A stretch of DNA of 64,000 nt, taken from the NCBI GenBank assembly GCA_002010215.1, contig MTMY01000003.1:62001-126000 (forward strand), given 5' to 3'. The translations under genes and the position numbers were made by a program. This stretch comes from Archaeoglobus sp. JdFR-37 (GTDB lineage Archaea > Halobacteriota > Archaeoglobi > Archaeoglobales > Archaeoglobaceae). The notes beneath the pieces are model-generated. The model saw nothing but the letters and a program-made list of their open reading frames with translations, was not told where the DNA came from and did not search any database. This document shows, piece after piece, positions 37,340-47,349 of the stretch. Within the stretch, counting starts at the first letter, position 1. Every line of letters starts with the position of its first letter.

Positions 37340-39133
37340 TTAGGGAATCTCTAGCTCTTTAAGCTTTTCTTCTGTGGGCCTTCCATTAACCCAACCTCTA
37401 ATCCTGTAGTACTCCTCCAGCATCTGTTTCAGCTCAACTACATGTCCCTTCGCAGCCCCTTCAGGCATGGGCTCCTCCAGCAGCCTCTTTGGCAGTGTAT
37501 CATCCTTTCCGTCAAAGCCCTCTCTGTTTATGTAGAGCCTCTCTAAGTTGTATATTCTCTCTCCGGCCTTCATTATGTCGTCAGCAGTCCAGTCCCAGCC
37601 TGTAATTGGGTTGGTTACACTAACGAACTCTTCTGCTCCAATAGCGAAAGTGGAGAACTTGCACACCACCATGGAGTCCACAACGCAGAACAGGTCCTGG
37701 AAAATCCTCACCCACTCAGCTTTACCTTCAGGCGTAAGTGGATCAAGCTTTTCAGGAATTCCCAGCACCTCAGGAGCAATCATGTAGGCTCTGAGATGGC
37801 ACCCTCCTCTGTTGGAAGTAGCATATCCAAGGCCGTGCCCCTTGTAGGCTCTCGGATCGTAGGCTGGAAGCTCAAGTCCTTTGACATCCATGCTGAGCTC
37901 GGGCATGCCGTATTTTGCCGCAAGCCTCTTTGCACCCATGGCAATCTCATCCCCGAACCCATCTCTGTATGCAGTCCTCCAGGCCAGCTCCACCACAGTC
38001 TGTGGGTTGCCCCACTCAAGGGTCATTCCGCCAAGCTTCTCCTCAGGAATCTTTCCTTTCTCGTACAGCTCCATAGCGCACGCAACGGTGGAGCCGAAGC
38101 TTATCGGATCCATGCCCAGATCATCACAGATGTTATGGGCCTTTACAACGGCATTGAGGTCGTTGATGCCGCACATGGCTCCAAGACTCCAGGCAGTCTC
38201 GTATTCTGGTCCCTCCCCGTCCACCTGATATGGAGGTGTCTTTACCCTGCTGACCCTTCCGCATGCAACGATACATCCCCAGCATGCCTTCTTTTTAACC
38301 AGGACAGTCTCTGCAATCCTCTCACCGCTTATGTCTGCGGCCTTCTCAAACACCCCTGTCTTGAAGTTTCTAGTTGGAAAGCCGCCGGTCTCGTTTATTA
38401 TGTTTACAAGCACCGCTGTTCCATATTTTGGCAGCGACTCACCAGTAACTGGATTCTCTCTAACAATTTTCCTGATGTTTTCAACGGCCTCCTTCAGCTT
38501 GGCTTCATCCTGAATCTCCGGCTTTCTATTACCCTTAACTGCTATAGCCTTCAGGTTCTTAGAACCCATAACTGCTCCAACACCCGTTCTTCCAGCTGCC
38601 CTGTGCTTGTCGTTTATTATAGCAGCCTGCATAACCCTGTTCTCTCCGGCCGGCCCGATACTGGCGATGTTGACATCTTTACCAACTTCTTCCCTTATCA
38701 TGTCCTCCGTCGTCCATGTTCCCTTACCCCACATCCTGCTTGCATCCTTCAGCTCAGCATGTCCGTCTTCGATGTAAAGATAGACGGGCTCATCTGCTCT
38801 TCCCTGGAAAATTATTCCTTCATAACCGGCAAACCTCAGCTTGGGCCCGAACTGGCCGCCGCAGTTGCTGTCTCCAATTCCGCCGGTCAGCGGAGACTTG
38901 GTAATCACGTGAAATCGTCCGCTAAGGGGTACTGGTGTACCGGTTGCATAACCTGTCATGAAGATAAGCCGGTTCTCTGGATCGAAGGCATCGATTCCGG
39001 CCTTTGTTTCGTCATACAGAATTTTTACTCCAAGCCCTCTCCCGCCGAGAAACTTCTGGATTGTTTTCTCACCAATTTTCTCTTCAGTGATTTTGTCTTT
39101 ACCCAAATCCACTCTCAAAACAGTGTACTCCAT
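37340..39133 (-). CDS. aor: Tungsten-containing aldehyde:ferredoxin oxidoreductase
   Basis: LGGRGLG, KSPLTG, IGPAGE, CWGCIVAC, EYET and DDTLPKR motifs. Confidence 0.93.
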   Translation of the reverse strand: MEYTVLRVDLGKDKITEEKIGEKTIQKFLGGRGLGVKILYDETKAGIDAFDPENRLIFMTGYATGTPVPLSGRFHVITKSPLTGGIGDSNCGGQFGPKLRFAGYEGIIFQGRADEPVYLYIEDGHAELKDASRMWGKGTWTTEDMIREEVGKDVNIASIGPAGENRVMQAAIINDKHRAAGRTGVGAVMGSKNLKAIAVKGNRKPEIQDEAKLKEAVENIRKIVRENPVTGESLPKYGTAVLVNIINETGGFPTRNFKTGVFEKAADISGERIAETVLVKKKACWGCIVACGRVSRVKTPPYQVDGEGPEYETAWSLGAMCGINDLNAVVKAHNICDDLGMDPISFGSTVACAMELYEKGKIPEEKLGGMTLEWGNPQTVVELAWRTAYRDGFGDEIAMGAKRLAAKYGMPELSMDVKGLELPAYDPRAYKGHGLGYATSNRGGCHLRAYMIAPEVLGIPEKLDPLTPEGKAEWVRIFQDLFCVVDSMVVCKFSTFAIGAEEFVSVTNPITGWDWTADDIMKAGERIYNLERLYINREGFDGKDDTLPKRLLEEPMPEGAAKGHVVELKQMLEEYYRIRGWVNGRPTEEKLKELEIP

Positions 39134-39261
39134 ATTTAAAAATTAATTCAGGATATTTAAAACATTCGTTATGAATAATCATGCATAATGGGCTAAACTG
39201 TTAGGGGAAATACTAATGTTACCCTTGGTATATTTACATAAATAAGTTAGGATGGATAAAA

Positions 39262-40374
39262 ATGATAGATAAGATGAGCAGGATGGATGTTACCAGAGAG
39301 TACCTGGCGACAAGAATAAACGGAGGGTATGTGCTCCTGGAGAAGAAATTGGATCTTAGGAGACTTTATGTGGAGATTACAAATCGTTGTAACCTATCAT
39401 GCAGAATGTGTTTCAGGAGCAGCTGGGAGGAAAAAGATGGAGACATGAGCCTTGAGCTATTTAGAGAACTGATGAGTCAGGCTGGGAAATTCCCCATGAT
39501 GGAGGAAGTGTTTTTTGGAGGGATTGGGGAGCCCACGATTCATCCAGAATTTATTGACCTGGTGGAGGAGGCGTCGAAGAGATACAGAGTGTCCTTTTCA
39601 ACCAACGGAATCCTCATGGATAAAATTGCTGAGGAAATTGTAAGGCTTGGGGTTGACAGGGTTTACTTCTCTCTGGACTGCATGCCCCCAGCCTTCAGCG
39701 AAATTGGGCATGCTGATTCACAGCAAATAATTGACGCCATAACTCTGCTGGATGGAGTTAAGGAAGAAATGAAATCCAAAAAGCCCACAATAGGTGTGGA
39801 GTTTGTGGTTACAAGGGAGAACGTCTCACACCTCCCACATCTGCCTGAACTCAGGAAGATAGGGGTGGCAGAAGTGATAATCTCTAACATCATACCAACA
39901 TCTAAAGAAACTGATAATACAGCCATATATGGAGAGGGTGAAAACGGTTACGTGGATGAATTCATAAGAAAGTGTTTTAAAGGCCCAAAATACGTCCTCC
40001 CTGAATTCAGAATTAGAACTGAAAGGAGATGCGAGTTTGTAAAGAGGAGGAGTGCTGTTGTCAGATGGGATGGGAGCGTTGCCCCCTGTTACAGGCTGCT
40101 TCACTCCTACAAAGAATACATCCTGGGAAGAGAAGTGAAGGTTGAATCTCACTCATTTGGTAACATAGAGGAGGAAAATCTTGAGAAAATCTGGCTTAAA
40201 GATGAATACGTGCTTTTTAGATATGTTGTAGAAAACTCCCTGTATGCATCCTGTATTGACTGTAAGCTTGCAGATGGATGTTACTTTTCCGCTACAACCC
40301 ACTCTGACTGCTTCGGAAATTCGCCCAGTTGTGGTGATTGTTTGTGGTCCAGGAAAATTGCCATATGTCCCTGA
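39262..40374 (+). CDS. Radical SAM/SPASM protein, probable tungsten-cofactor oxidoreductase maturase
   Basis: CNLSCRMC, GIGEP, C-terminal SPASM cysteines ending CGDCLW...CP. Divergent from aor. Confidence 0.8.
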   Translation: MIDKMSRMDVTREYLATRINGGYVLLEKKLDLRRLYVEITNRCNLSCRMCFRSSWEEKDGDMSLELFRELMSQAGKFPMMEEVFFGGIGEPTIHPEFIDLVEEASKRYRVSFSTNGILMDKIAEEIVRLGVDRVYFSLDCMPPAFSEIGHADSQQIIDAITLLDGVKEEMKSKKPTIGVEFVVTRENVSHLPHLPELRKIGVAEVIISNIIPTSKETDNTAIYGEGENGYVDEFIRKCFKGPKYVLPEFRIRTERRCEFVKRRSAVVRWDGSVAPCYRLLHSYKEYILGREVKVESHSFGNIEEENLEKIWLKDEYVLFRYVVENSLYASCIDCKLADGCYFSATTHSDCFGNSPSCGDCLWSRKIAICP

Positions 40375-40449
40375 ATTGCCGGTGACAGAGATTAATTTTT
40401 ACCCGACTTCCCCAATGAATTTAAATACTCAATAGAAGGTTGGCAGTTC

Positions 40450-41223
40450 ATGGAATTGGTCATACTGGCTGTCCCCTTCATGCTTCTTTTTACCTTCACA
40501 GGGTTCAGATTGTTATCACTTATAGGGTGGTTGATTTTTGGAATTTCTTGGCTTCTCAAGCTTCCTTACTACTTATCCATATCCGATTACTTCAATTCAT
40601 TACTGATGGTGGCAGCATTTGCTCTGTTCACTGCAATTTCAATCGCCTCATACAGGGATGTGGAAAACATACAGACATACAGAGAGGTCACCGCATTCTC
40701 CTCTCTAGCGTCCCTTTTTTATTTCCCCTTTGCATTAAACAGATCTCTTGGGATGTCCCTCATTGAAACGGTTACCCTGCAAACCGCCATCCTAGCAAAT
40801 TTTCTTGGGATTCCAATCCAAGTCTATGACTGGAATATTCTGACTCTCGGAGGACGGTTTGTGGAAATAATCCTAGCATGTACAGGTATAGAGAGCATGT
40901 CCCTGTTTGCCGGAGCAATACTGGGTGTGAAAGCTGATGCTCGAAGGAAGGTGAAGGCCTTGTTAGTTTCAGTTCCAGTCATCTATGTGCTAAATCTTTT
41001 CAGGAATACGTTCATTATCGCAATCTATGGATACTCTATTTTTGGAGACCCTGACACGAGCTTTTTCATCGCCCACAATATAGTAAGCAAGTTTGGTGCC
41101 ACCCTTGCACTGATAGCGATATCTTTGGCTGTATTCAGAATACTACCGGAACTTGCAGATCTGATATTCAGACTTTATGATGCCCTGAAGTCCTTCTGGG
41201 GGGTCAGAATTGCTTCTGCGTGA
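40450..41223 (+). CDS. artA: Archaeosortase A
   Basis: Multi-TM; VEIILACTGIESM catalytic Cys, NLFRN Arg, HN motif. Confidence 0.88.
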   Translation: MELVILAVPFMLLFTFTGFRLLSLIGWLIFGISWLLKLPYYLSISDYFNSLLMVAAFALFTAISIASYRDVENIQTYREVTAFSSLASLFYFPFALNRSLGMSLIETVTLQTAILANFLGIPIQVYDWNILTLGGRFVEIILACTGIESMSLFAGAILGVKADARRKVKALLVSVPVIYVLNLFRNTFIIAIYGYSIFGDPDTSFFIAHNIVSKFGATLALIAISLAVFRILPELADLIFRLYDALKSFWGVRIASA

Positions 41224-41794
41224 AGGATTTATTCCAATTATGGTGACACTGCTGCTCATAATGCTCTTTGTAAGTTATGGCAGCTGGAATCTCGTAGCAG
41301 CATCATTGGCCCTTTTTGCATTTTTCGCCTTCTTTTTCCGAGATCCTGATCGGGAAATTGGTGAAGGAATTGTGTCCCCATCAGATGGCAGGATAGATTA
41401 TATGGAGAGTAACCGGATGGAGATCTTTCTCGGCCCGTTAGACTGCCATGTGATTCGCTCACCCATTGAAGGCGTTGTGGAGAGAGTTGTTTATAAGAAA
41501 GGAAAATTCAGGCCAGCTTTCTGGAGAGCCGAAGGAAATGGGGAAAATGAAAGGAATGAGATATATATCAGGAATGAGAAAGGACTTTTCAAGGTGGTCC
41601 AGATTGCTGGCATATTTGCCAGAAGGATAATCTGCAGGGTTAAAGAGGGTGATAGAGTCGAGAAAGGGGAAAGAATTGGGGCCATAATTTTCGGCTCAAG
41701 GGTCGTCCTTGAGGTGCCGGAAGGTGTGGTGTTCGTGAAAAAAACCGGAGACAAAATTAAGGCTGGAGAGACTGTTGCGTATGAGGTTGGCTGA
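41210..41794 (+). CDS. psd: Phosphatidylserine (archaetidylserine) decarboxylase
   Basis: FFRDPDR, SPSDG, NERN, QIAG.FARRI, FGSRV self-cleavage site. Confidence 0.92.
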   Translation: MLLREGFIPIMVTLLLIMLFVSYGSWNLVAASLALFAFFAFFFRDPDREIGEGIVSPSDGRIDYMESNRMEIFLGPLDCHVIRSPIEGVVERVVYKKGKFRPAFWRAEGNGENERNEIYIRNEKGLFKVVQIAGIFARRIICRVKEGDRVEKGERIGAIIFGSRVVLEVPEGVVFVKKTGDKIKAGETVAYEVG

Positions 41795-42389
41795 TGTTTT
41801 CTCATTCCTCAACCTCTCTTTCGGACTTGCTGGCCTGAGTTACGTGTTTAGCGATGTTGGAAAGGCTGCCCTTTTCGTTTATCTAGCAGCTTTAATGGAT
41901 GGAGCTGATGGCTACATAGCCACTAGAAAGGGGAATTCGGACTTTGGAAGAGAACTAGATTCTTTGGCTGATCTGGTAAGCTTTGGGGTACTTCCAGCCA
42001 TGATGCTGTGGAGCATGTCAGAAACTCTTTTCCCCATTGCCCTAGCATATCTAATTGCAGGTGCTTTCAGGCTTGCCAGGTTCAACGTTACAGGCAGCAA
42101 CGATTTCGTCGGAATGCCCATAACAGCGTCAGCCCTCCTTCTGTCTTCAGTCATCCATCTCTCCTACTTCCAATTCGCTCCTTTCTTGGCCATTCTGCTC
42201 TCACTTCTTATGGTCAGCAGGTGGAGGTACGTAAAAATAAAGGATATGTCTCTCCTCTCCCTTTTTGCGGCAGTCTTGATAGTTTCAATCTTCGTTAGGG
42301 ATGCCTCATACGCCCTCATATTCTTCACAGCTGCATACGCAGCCTATCCGCTAGTTGAGGTGGTAAGAAATGTCAAGAAAAGCCTCTGA
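41781..42389 (+). CDS. pssA: CDP-alcohol phosphatidyltransferase, archaetidylserine synthase
   Basis: DGADGYIA...FGRELDSLADLVSFGVLPA, RLARFN, FVGMP. Confidence 0.9.
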   Translation: MRLADVFSFLNLSFGLAGLSYVFSDVGKAALFVYLAALMDGADGYIATRKGNSDFGRELDSLADLVSFGVLPAMMLWSMSETLFPIALAYLIAGAFRLARFNVTGSNDFVGMPITASALLLSSVIHLSYFQFAPFLAILLSLLMVSRWRYVKIKDMSLLSLFAAVLIVSIFVRDASYALIFFTAAYAAYPLVEVVRNVKKSL

Positions 42390-42708
42390 AAAGGCGACCT
42401 TTGAAGCCGGAATAAAGCTTGGTGCTCTTTTTCACCAATTTATTGGAGCTCCTGTGAGCTTAGAGAATGCTGAAGTTCTTGAAAAAGCCATTGAAAGCTG
42501 CGTTAAACTTCAGCCCTATGTTGTGGAGGCCCAAGTGAGAATTAGGAGGAATGCGCTTAGGGAGAAGTTGTCAGCTTTCAGCTACACCTCCTTGGACGGT
42601 TCAATGATAGAGGCACGTGTTGTGGTTGAAGTGGAGGGTGAAAGAGCTGAAGCAGTGCTGGAATGGAACGAAGAGTTGAAATATCCGCTGATGAGGCTGG
42701 TGGACTAG
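42370..42708 (+). CDS. mptD: Archaeal dihydroneopterin aldolase (MptD family)
   Basis: FEAGIKLGALFHQF.G.P and LKYPLM motifs. Confidence 0.85.
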   Translation: MSRKASEKATFEAGIKLGALFHQFIGAPVSLENAEVLEKAIESCVKLQPYVVEAQVRIRRNALREKLSAFSYTSLDGSMIEARVVVEVEGERAEAVLEWNEELKYPLMRLVD

Positions 42709-42764
42709 AGTGAATTAGCCGTTATCCAGATTTTTATGCAGGGATGACTAAATAATTAAATAAT

Positions 42765-43667
42765 TTAAATAACTCCTTCAATTTCATCCTTTGACGGAAA
42801 GTTTCGCGCTCCAACCCTCTGAATGCAGTAAGCAGCGGCAAAATTTCCCATTTTAAGGCATCTCTCAATTTCATACCCGTTTATGTAGCCATAGAGGAAG
42901 CCTGCCGCAAAAGCATCACCAGCTCCGGTGGTGTCAACTGCCTTAACCTCATAAGCTGGCCTGAAGTGTCTGCCTTCTCTGGTTACTGCAACGCTCCCAC
43001 TTCTTCCCAAAGTGATTATCAGTATATTCACGTACCTGAGCATTTCAGCCTCACTCACACTAAGCATGGAGAATTCCGGCTGGGAGAGGATGAGTATGTC
43101 AACATGCTGCAATAATTCCTTCAACACTCCAAAACCCAGAGAAGTGTAAGGATAGCCAGGATTGAGTATGACCGTGCAATCATACTCCTTCGCCCTCTCT
43201 GCTACTTCCAGATGGACGTCGAAGCTCAGATGGGATGGAAATGGGTCGAGGTAGAAGAAGCTGTTAACCTGAAAATCCTCACTTCTCATCCGTAATTCAG
43301 GCTTACCCGCAGCATTTGGATGAACGAAGAACGTTCTTTCTCCTCCTGAATCCACATACACATCCACTCTTCCGGTTCTGGCATCTGTAATGTTGAGCAC
43401 CAGCTTTACTCCAACTTCTTCCATGCTCTTCCGGAAAAGCTCGGCATCTTCATCCTTCCCGATGGTGGAATAAAAATAGCATGTAATGCCCAGCTTTGAT
43501 AGTCCATATATCACGTTTGCTGCTGCGCCTCCAGCAATTCTATGGGTTTCTTTCACAACAGCATGACCTCCAGGCTGGGGGAAGGAGTCGATGAGATGTA
43601 TGTAATCTATCAGCGCAGGTCCAATTCCCGCTACTCCCGGAGCAGCTCCAGTAATCCCATCAACCAT
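42765..43667 (-). CDS. PfkB/ribokinase family carbohydrate kinase
   Basis: GGAAANV and VDTTGAGDAF motifs. Start trimmed to ATG 43667. Confidence 0.9.
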   Translation of the reverse strand: MVDGITGAAPGVAGIGPALIDYIHLIDSFPQPGGHAVVKETHRIAGGAAANVIYGLSKLGITCYFYSTIGKDEDAELFRKSMEEVGVKLVLNITDARTGRVDVYVDSGGERTFFVHPNAAGKPELRMRSEDFQVNSFFYLDPFPSHLSFDVHLEVAERAKEYDCTVILNPGYPYTSLGFGVLKELLQHVDILILSQPEFSMLSVSEAEMLRYVNILIITLGRSGSVAVTREGRHFRPAYEVKAVDTTGAGDAFAAGFLYGYINGYEIERCLKMGNFAAAYCIQRVGARNFPSKDEIEGVI

Positions 43668-43711
43668 CGAAAAAAGTAAAGCTTTTAGAGTATTAAAACG
43701 CATCCCCTCTG

Positions 43712-43993
43712 ATGATCCTTGAAGATGAGAGAATAGACCTAGACCTATATCTTGCAGAGGTGCCAAGGAGGCTGGATGTGCTCAGGGTTCTGAGCTATGA
43801 AGAGAGGATAAGCGTTGAAGACCTTGCCAGAAAGCTCAATCTCGACGTGGAGACCACGAAAAACCTGTTGAGGGACGTTGAGGCCATGGGTCTGGTAGAT
43901 ACAAGAGAGGAGCTTGATAGGGGGAGAATAACACTGAAAACCCGGTTGAGTTACCGGGGAGTCAGGTACCTCCGCACCAAGGGACTGCTCTGA
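43712..43993 (+). CDS. Small winged-HTH protein
   Basis: ISVEDLARKLNLD...LLRDVEAMGLV...LSYRG. Confidence 0.7.
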   Translation: MILEDERIDLDLYLAEVPRRLDVLRVLSYEERISVEDLARKLNLDVETTKNLLRDVEAMGLVDTREELDRGRITLKTRLSYRGVRYLRTKGLL

Positions 43994-44038
43994 AATCTTT
44001 TTATACACAATCTGTCATTATTTTTACAGGGTGATGGA

Positions 44039-45364
44039 TTGAAGGTAGTAGTCATTGGCGGCGGCGCAGCGGGGATGGCAGCAGCATCTCGCATAAAGAG
44101 GTTGCAGCCAAAGTGGGATGTTACGGTTTTTGAGGCAAGCAAATACGTGAGTCACGCTCCATGCGGCATCCCTTTTCATGTGGCAGGATATGTTGAAAGC
44201 CTAGATGACCTCTGTGCTTACGATGTGTCCTTTTTCATAGAAAACAGGGGTATAGACGTCAGAATAGGCTCAAGAGTGATTGAGGCTGGTGATGGCTACG
44301 TTATAGTGGAGAGGAAGGGGGAAGTAGAAGAGCACGGCTGGGATTACCTGCTTATAGCAACAGGTACAAGACCTGCTGCGTTGAATGTTGGATGCCGGGA
44401 GCTGGAAGGAGTAATGTGCGTCGGCAGCATTGAGGACAGCGTTTACATAAAGGAGAGGGCAAAGAAGGCGAAAAATGTTGTCATCGTTGGCAGTGGCTAC
44501 CTTGGCATTGAGATGGCGGATGCCATGCTCAGACTTCACAAAAAGGTGACTGTCATTGAAATGGGGTCACATCCACTTCCTGAATATGATGTTGAGATTG
44601 GAGAGCTTCTTAGAAGAAATATGGAAAAGCTGGTGGAGTTCAGATCCAATGAGAAAGTTTTGGAAATTGAGGGCAAGGACAAGGTAGAGAGGGTGGTGAC
44701 AGACAAGGGAGCATACAAAGCGGACCTCGTCATCCTCTGCATCGGTGTTGAGCCAAATGTAGAACTGGCAACGCAGCTTGGAGCTAAAATTGGAGACAGT
44801 GGAGCTATATGGACCGACAAATACCTGCGAACAAGTGTTGATGGAGTTTTTGCAGCAGGAGACTGTGCAGAAACAACAAACATCGTGACTGGTAGAAAAG
44901 ACTGGATTCCTCTGGCAGCCCCAGCCAACAAAATGGGTTATGTTGCCGGATCAAACATTGCCGGTGTGGATATCATGTATCCCGGCTCGCTGAAAAGCCA
45001 GCTAACGTCCTTCCTAGATCTGGAAATAGGTAAAGCGGGGCTCAGCGAGAAGGAAGCGGTCAAAGAAGGATATGATGTTGTTTCTGCAACAGTCATTTCA
45101 AGGGCAAGGGCCAAGTACATACCGGATGGAAAGAGTATAACCCTCAAGATGGTGGCAGAAAGTAATGGAAGGGTTCTTGGGGTTCAGGCAGCAGGAGTTG
45201 GTGTGTCCAAGAGAATATACGGTGCCTCAGCTCTTCTTTATAAAAGCGCAAATGTAGAGGATTTCTTTTTCACAGACTTTCCTTTCTACCCTCCAAAATC
45301 CCCTGTATGGGACCCTCTCGTAATCGCAGCAAGAAACCTCTTCAGAAAACTCGGAATAAACTAA
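44039..45364 (+). CDS. NAD(P)H oxidase / CoA-disulfide reductase family flavoprotein
   Basis: GGGAAG, SHAPCG single active-site Cys, GSGYLG, AAGDC, YPP..PVWDP. Confidence 0.9.
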   Translation: MKVVVIGGGAAGMAAASRIKRLQPKWDVTVFEASKYVSHAPCGIPFHVAGYVESLDDLCAYDVSFFIENRGIDVRIGSRVIEAGDGYVIVERKGEVEEHGWDYLLIATGTRPAALNVGCRELEGVMCVGSIEDSVYIKERAKKAKNVVIVGSGYLGIEMADAMLRLHKKVTVIEMGSHPLPEYDVEIGELLRRNMEKLVEFRSNEKVLEIEGKDKVERVVTDKGAYKADLVILCIGVEPNVELATQLGAKIGDSGAIWTDKYLRTSVDGVFAAGDCAETTNIVTGRKDWIPLAAPANKMGYVAGSNIAGVDIMYPGSLKSQLTSFLDLEIGKAGLSEKEAVKEGYDVVSATVISRARAKYIPDGKSITLKMVAESNGRVLGVQAAGVGVSKRIYGASALLYKSANVEDFFFTDFPFYPPKSPVWDPLVIAARNLFRKLGIN

Positions 45365-45398
45365 ATTACTAAACTATCAACTTATCAACTAATATCAG

Positions 45399-45917
45399 CT
45401 AAACTATCTCTCTGAGAAGTTCTTCAATTTTTTTCAGCTCCTCCCTCACCTTCTCAACTGCCAAAGTGTTATCCAGATACTCCAGCGGTGAAGAGCATCT
45501 GGGACATGTGAATCCCATTTCTATAGCTTGTTCGTAGGATATCTTTACACAGCCATTGATGCATATATAGTAGACTGTACTGTCTTCTTTCTCAATTTTT
45601 TCCTCCAGTTTCCTTTTTGTTTTCATAAGTTCCCTTCTCAGAACCTCTCTTTCCCTATCGTAATTTATCTTCCAGTAATATTCCATCCAGCCAGTATCCT
45701 CGTCTTTCTGTCTGCGATATTCAGCAAGACCAAGCTCATATAAAGCGAAAAGAGCTCTTCTAACGTCGTTAATCTCAATCCCAAGCCTCATGGCAATTTC
45801 TTCATCTGTGAATTCCCCATTGATGTTCAGAGCATAAATGATCAATCCTATATCACCAGCCACTCTTTCGATTAGCTCTCTAACAAGTTCTTCAGACTTT
45901 GCCACCACTGACTTCAC
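45399..45917 (-). CDS. tfe: Transcription factor E alpha
   Basis: TDEEIA, RRALFALYE, GWMEYYW and a zinc ribbon (CINGC, FTCPRC). Confidence 0.92.
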   Translation of the reverse strand: MKSVVAKSEELVRELIERVAGDIGLIIYALNINGEFTDEEIAMRLGIEINDVRRALFALYELGLAEYRRQKDEDTGWMEYYWKINYDREREVLRRELMKTKRKLEEKIEKEDSTVYYICINGCVKISYEQAIEMGFTCPRCSSPLEYLDNTLAVEKVREELKKIEELLREIV

Positions 45918-46138
45918 AGTAATTAAATCTGGGGGTTATCCTTATTTAATTTTACGATGGAACTAAATTGTGTACTCTTTCATATATTATTAAAATTGGT
46001 GATAGCATATTATTTACAAAGCTTGAGAAGTGTTGTGACTTGCAGGCTTCTGATAGTTTCTTATATATCCCCGTGAGTCATAAATATCGTAAATTCAATT
46101 ACGAAAAGTTAATATAGATTTTATTACCTCGAAAAACC

Positions 46139-46726
46139 ATGAGACTTGGTAGAATGGCAGTTTTGCTAGCTCTGGTTCTGATTGCAGTGTTTATCACCGG
46201 CTGCGCTCAGGAGGAGAAGCCGAAGGTTTCACCAACTCCTGAAAAGGAAACTCCAAAACCTACTCCAACTCCTGCAAAGAAGGAAACTCCAAAACCAGAG
46301 GCGCCCAAGCCTACTCCAACGCCTAAACCGAAAACAACGCCTAAAGCTGAAGCCAAAGAACAAGTAGTTAGGTGTGAGGCGTGCCACACTAAAGCTGTTA
46401 ACTATGCCGCCCATGTTACTGGAGGACAGAGATGTGCTAACTGCCATGGAAGTGATCCGCACAAGATTCACGTAGGGCCAGGAACCATCAACCTGCAATG
46501 CAGCACCTGTCATGGAGCCCCACCAAACGTGAAAGTTCCCAAACCAATAGAAGAAGGCAGGACGGTCTGTGAGAACTGCCACGCCTATCCAGACCCGACA
46601 AAGCCCAGCTATGGTAACCTGGTTAACATCCATATCCCAAGAGGTAAGTACTGTACCGTTTGCCATGGCTTGGACATTGCGTCCCTCCACAAGGCAGCCG
46701 ATACATTTGTGGAAACAACAACTTAA
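46139..46726 (+). CDS. Pentaheme c-type cytochrome lipoprotein
   Basis: ITGC lipobox, P/T/K-rich linker, five CxxCH (CEACH, CANCH, CSTCH, CENCH, CTVCH). Confidence 0.88.
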   Translation: MRLGRMAVLLALVLIAVFITGCAQEEKPKVSPTPEKETPKPTPTPAKKETPKPEAPKPTPTPKPKTTPKAEAKEQVVRCEACHTKAVNYAAHVTGGQRCANCHGSDPHKIHVGPGTINLQCSTCHGAPPNVKVPKPIEEGRTVCENCHAYPDPTKPSYGNLVNIHIPRGKYCTVCHGLDIASLHKAADTFVETTT

Positions 46727-46766
46727 GAAACAACCCAATTTACCAATTTTTTAACGGAGGGAGGGA

Positions 46767-47339
46767 ATGAAAAAAATCCTGGTGCTGTTATTTTTACTCT
46801 CGTTGCTCTTTATTGGGTGTGTTCAGGAACTTCAAAAGGCTGAGAAAGGCGAAAAAGTGGAAATGCCAACCCCCGGAGTTACACCCTCAGAGACTCCTAA
46901 ACCAACTCCAAAGCCAACTGTAACACCCGTAAGGCCAAAATACGTTGAAGCTACCGGAGCCATTTGCGAGAACTGCCACATAAATGAAAAAAGGCAGTAT
47001 GTTCCGCAAGCTAAGACAATTGCCGGACACGTTGATGGGAGCCAGTACTGTTTCTACTGTCATGCTGAAAATAAATCTGGAAATCTTGTGGAGGAAATAG
47101 CGAAACTCCACCACAGCAAGTATACGGATTGCAACCTCTGCCATAAGAGCTTCACCCTTACAGAGCTGGATTGCGGGAACTGCCATGCAGCTGATGACCC
47201 TTTCAAGCCCAGTGAAGCCAACCTTCTTGACATCCACATACCCCGGGGTGTTGACTGCCAGTCGTGTCACGGCGACGATTTCCTGAGAATACATGAGAAA
47301 AGGGAGATCTTCCCGGAAGAGTTTCCAATTCCGAGATAA
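46767..47339 (+). CDS. Pentaheme c-type cytochrome lipoprotein (paralog)
   Basis: FIGC lipobox, P/T-rich linker, five CxxCH (CENCH, CFYCH, CNLCH, CGNCH, CQSCH). Shares NLxxIHIPRG with the upstream gene. Confidence 0.88.
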   Translation: MKKILVLLFLLSLLFIGCVQELQKAEKGEKVEMPTPGVTPSETPKPTPKPTVTPVRPKYVEATGAICENCHINEKRQYVPQAKTIAGHVDGSQYCFYCHAENKSGNLVEEIAKLHHSKYTDCNLCHKSFTLTELDCGNCHAADDPFKPSEANLLDIHIPRGVDCQSCHGDDFLRIHEKREIFPEEFPIPR

Positions 47340-47349
47340 TTAACTGAGT

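Noticed and set aside
37796..39139. 447-aa plus-strand ORF
   Set aside because: Entirely antisense to aor, no recognisable motifs; a shadow ORF.
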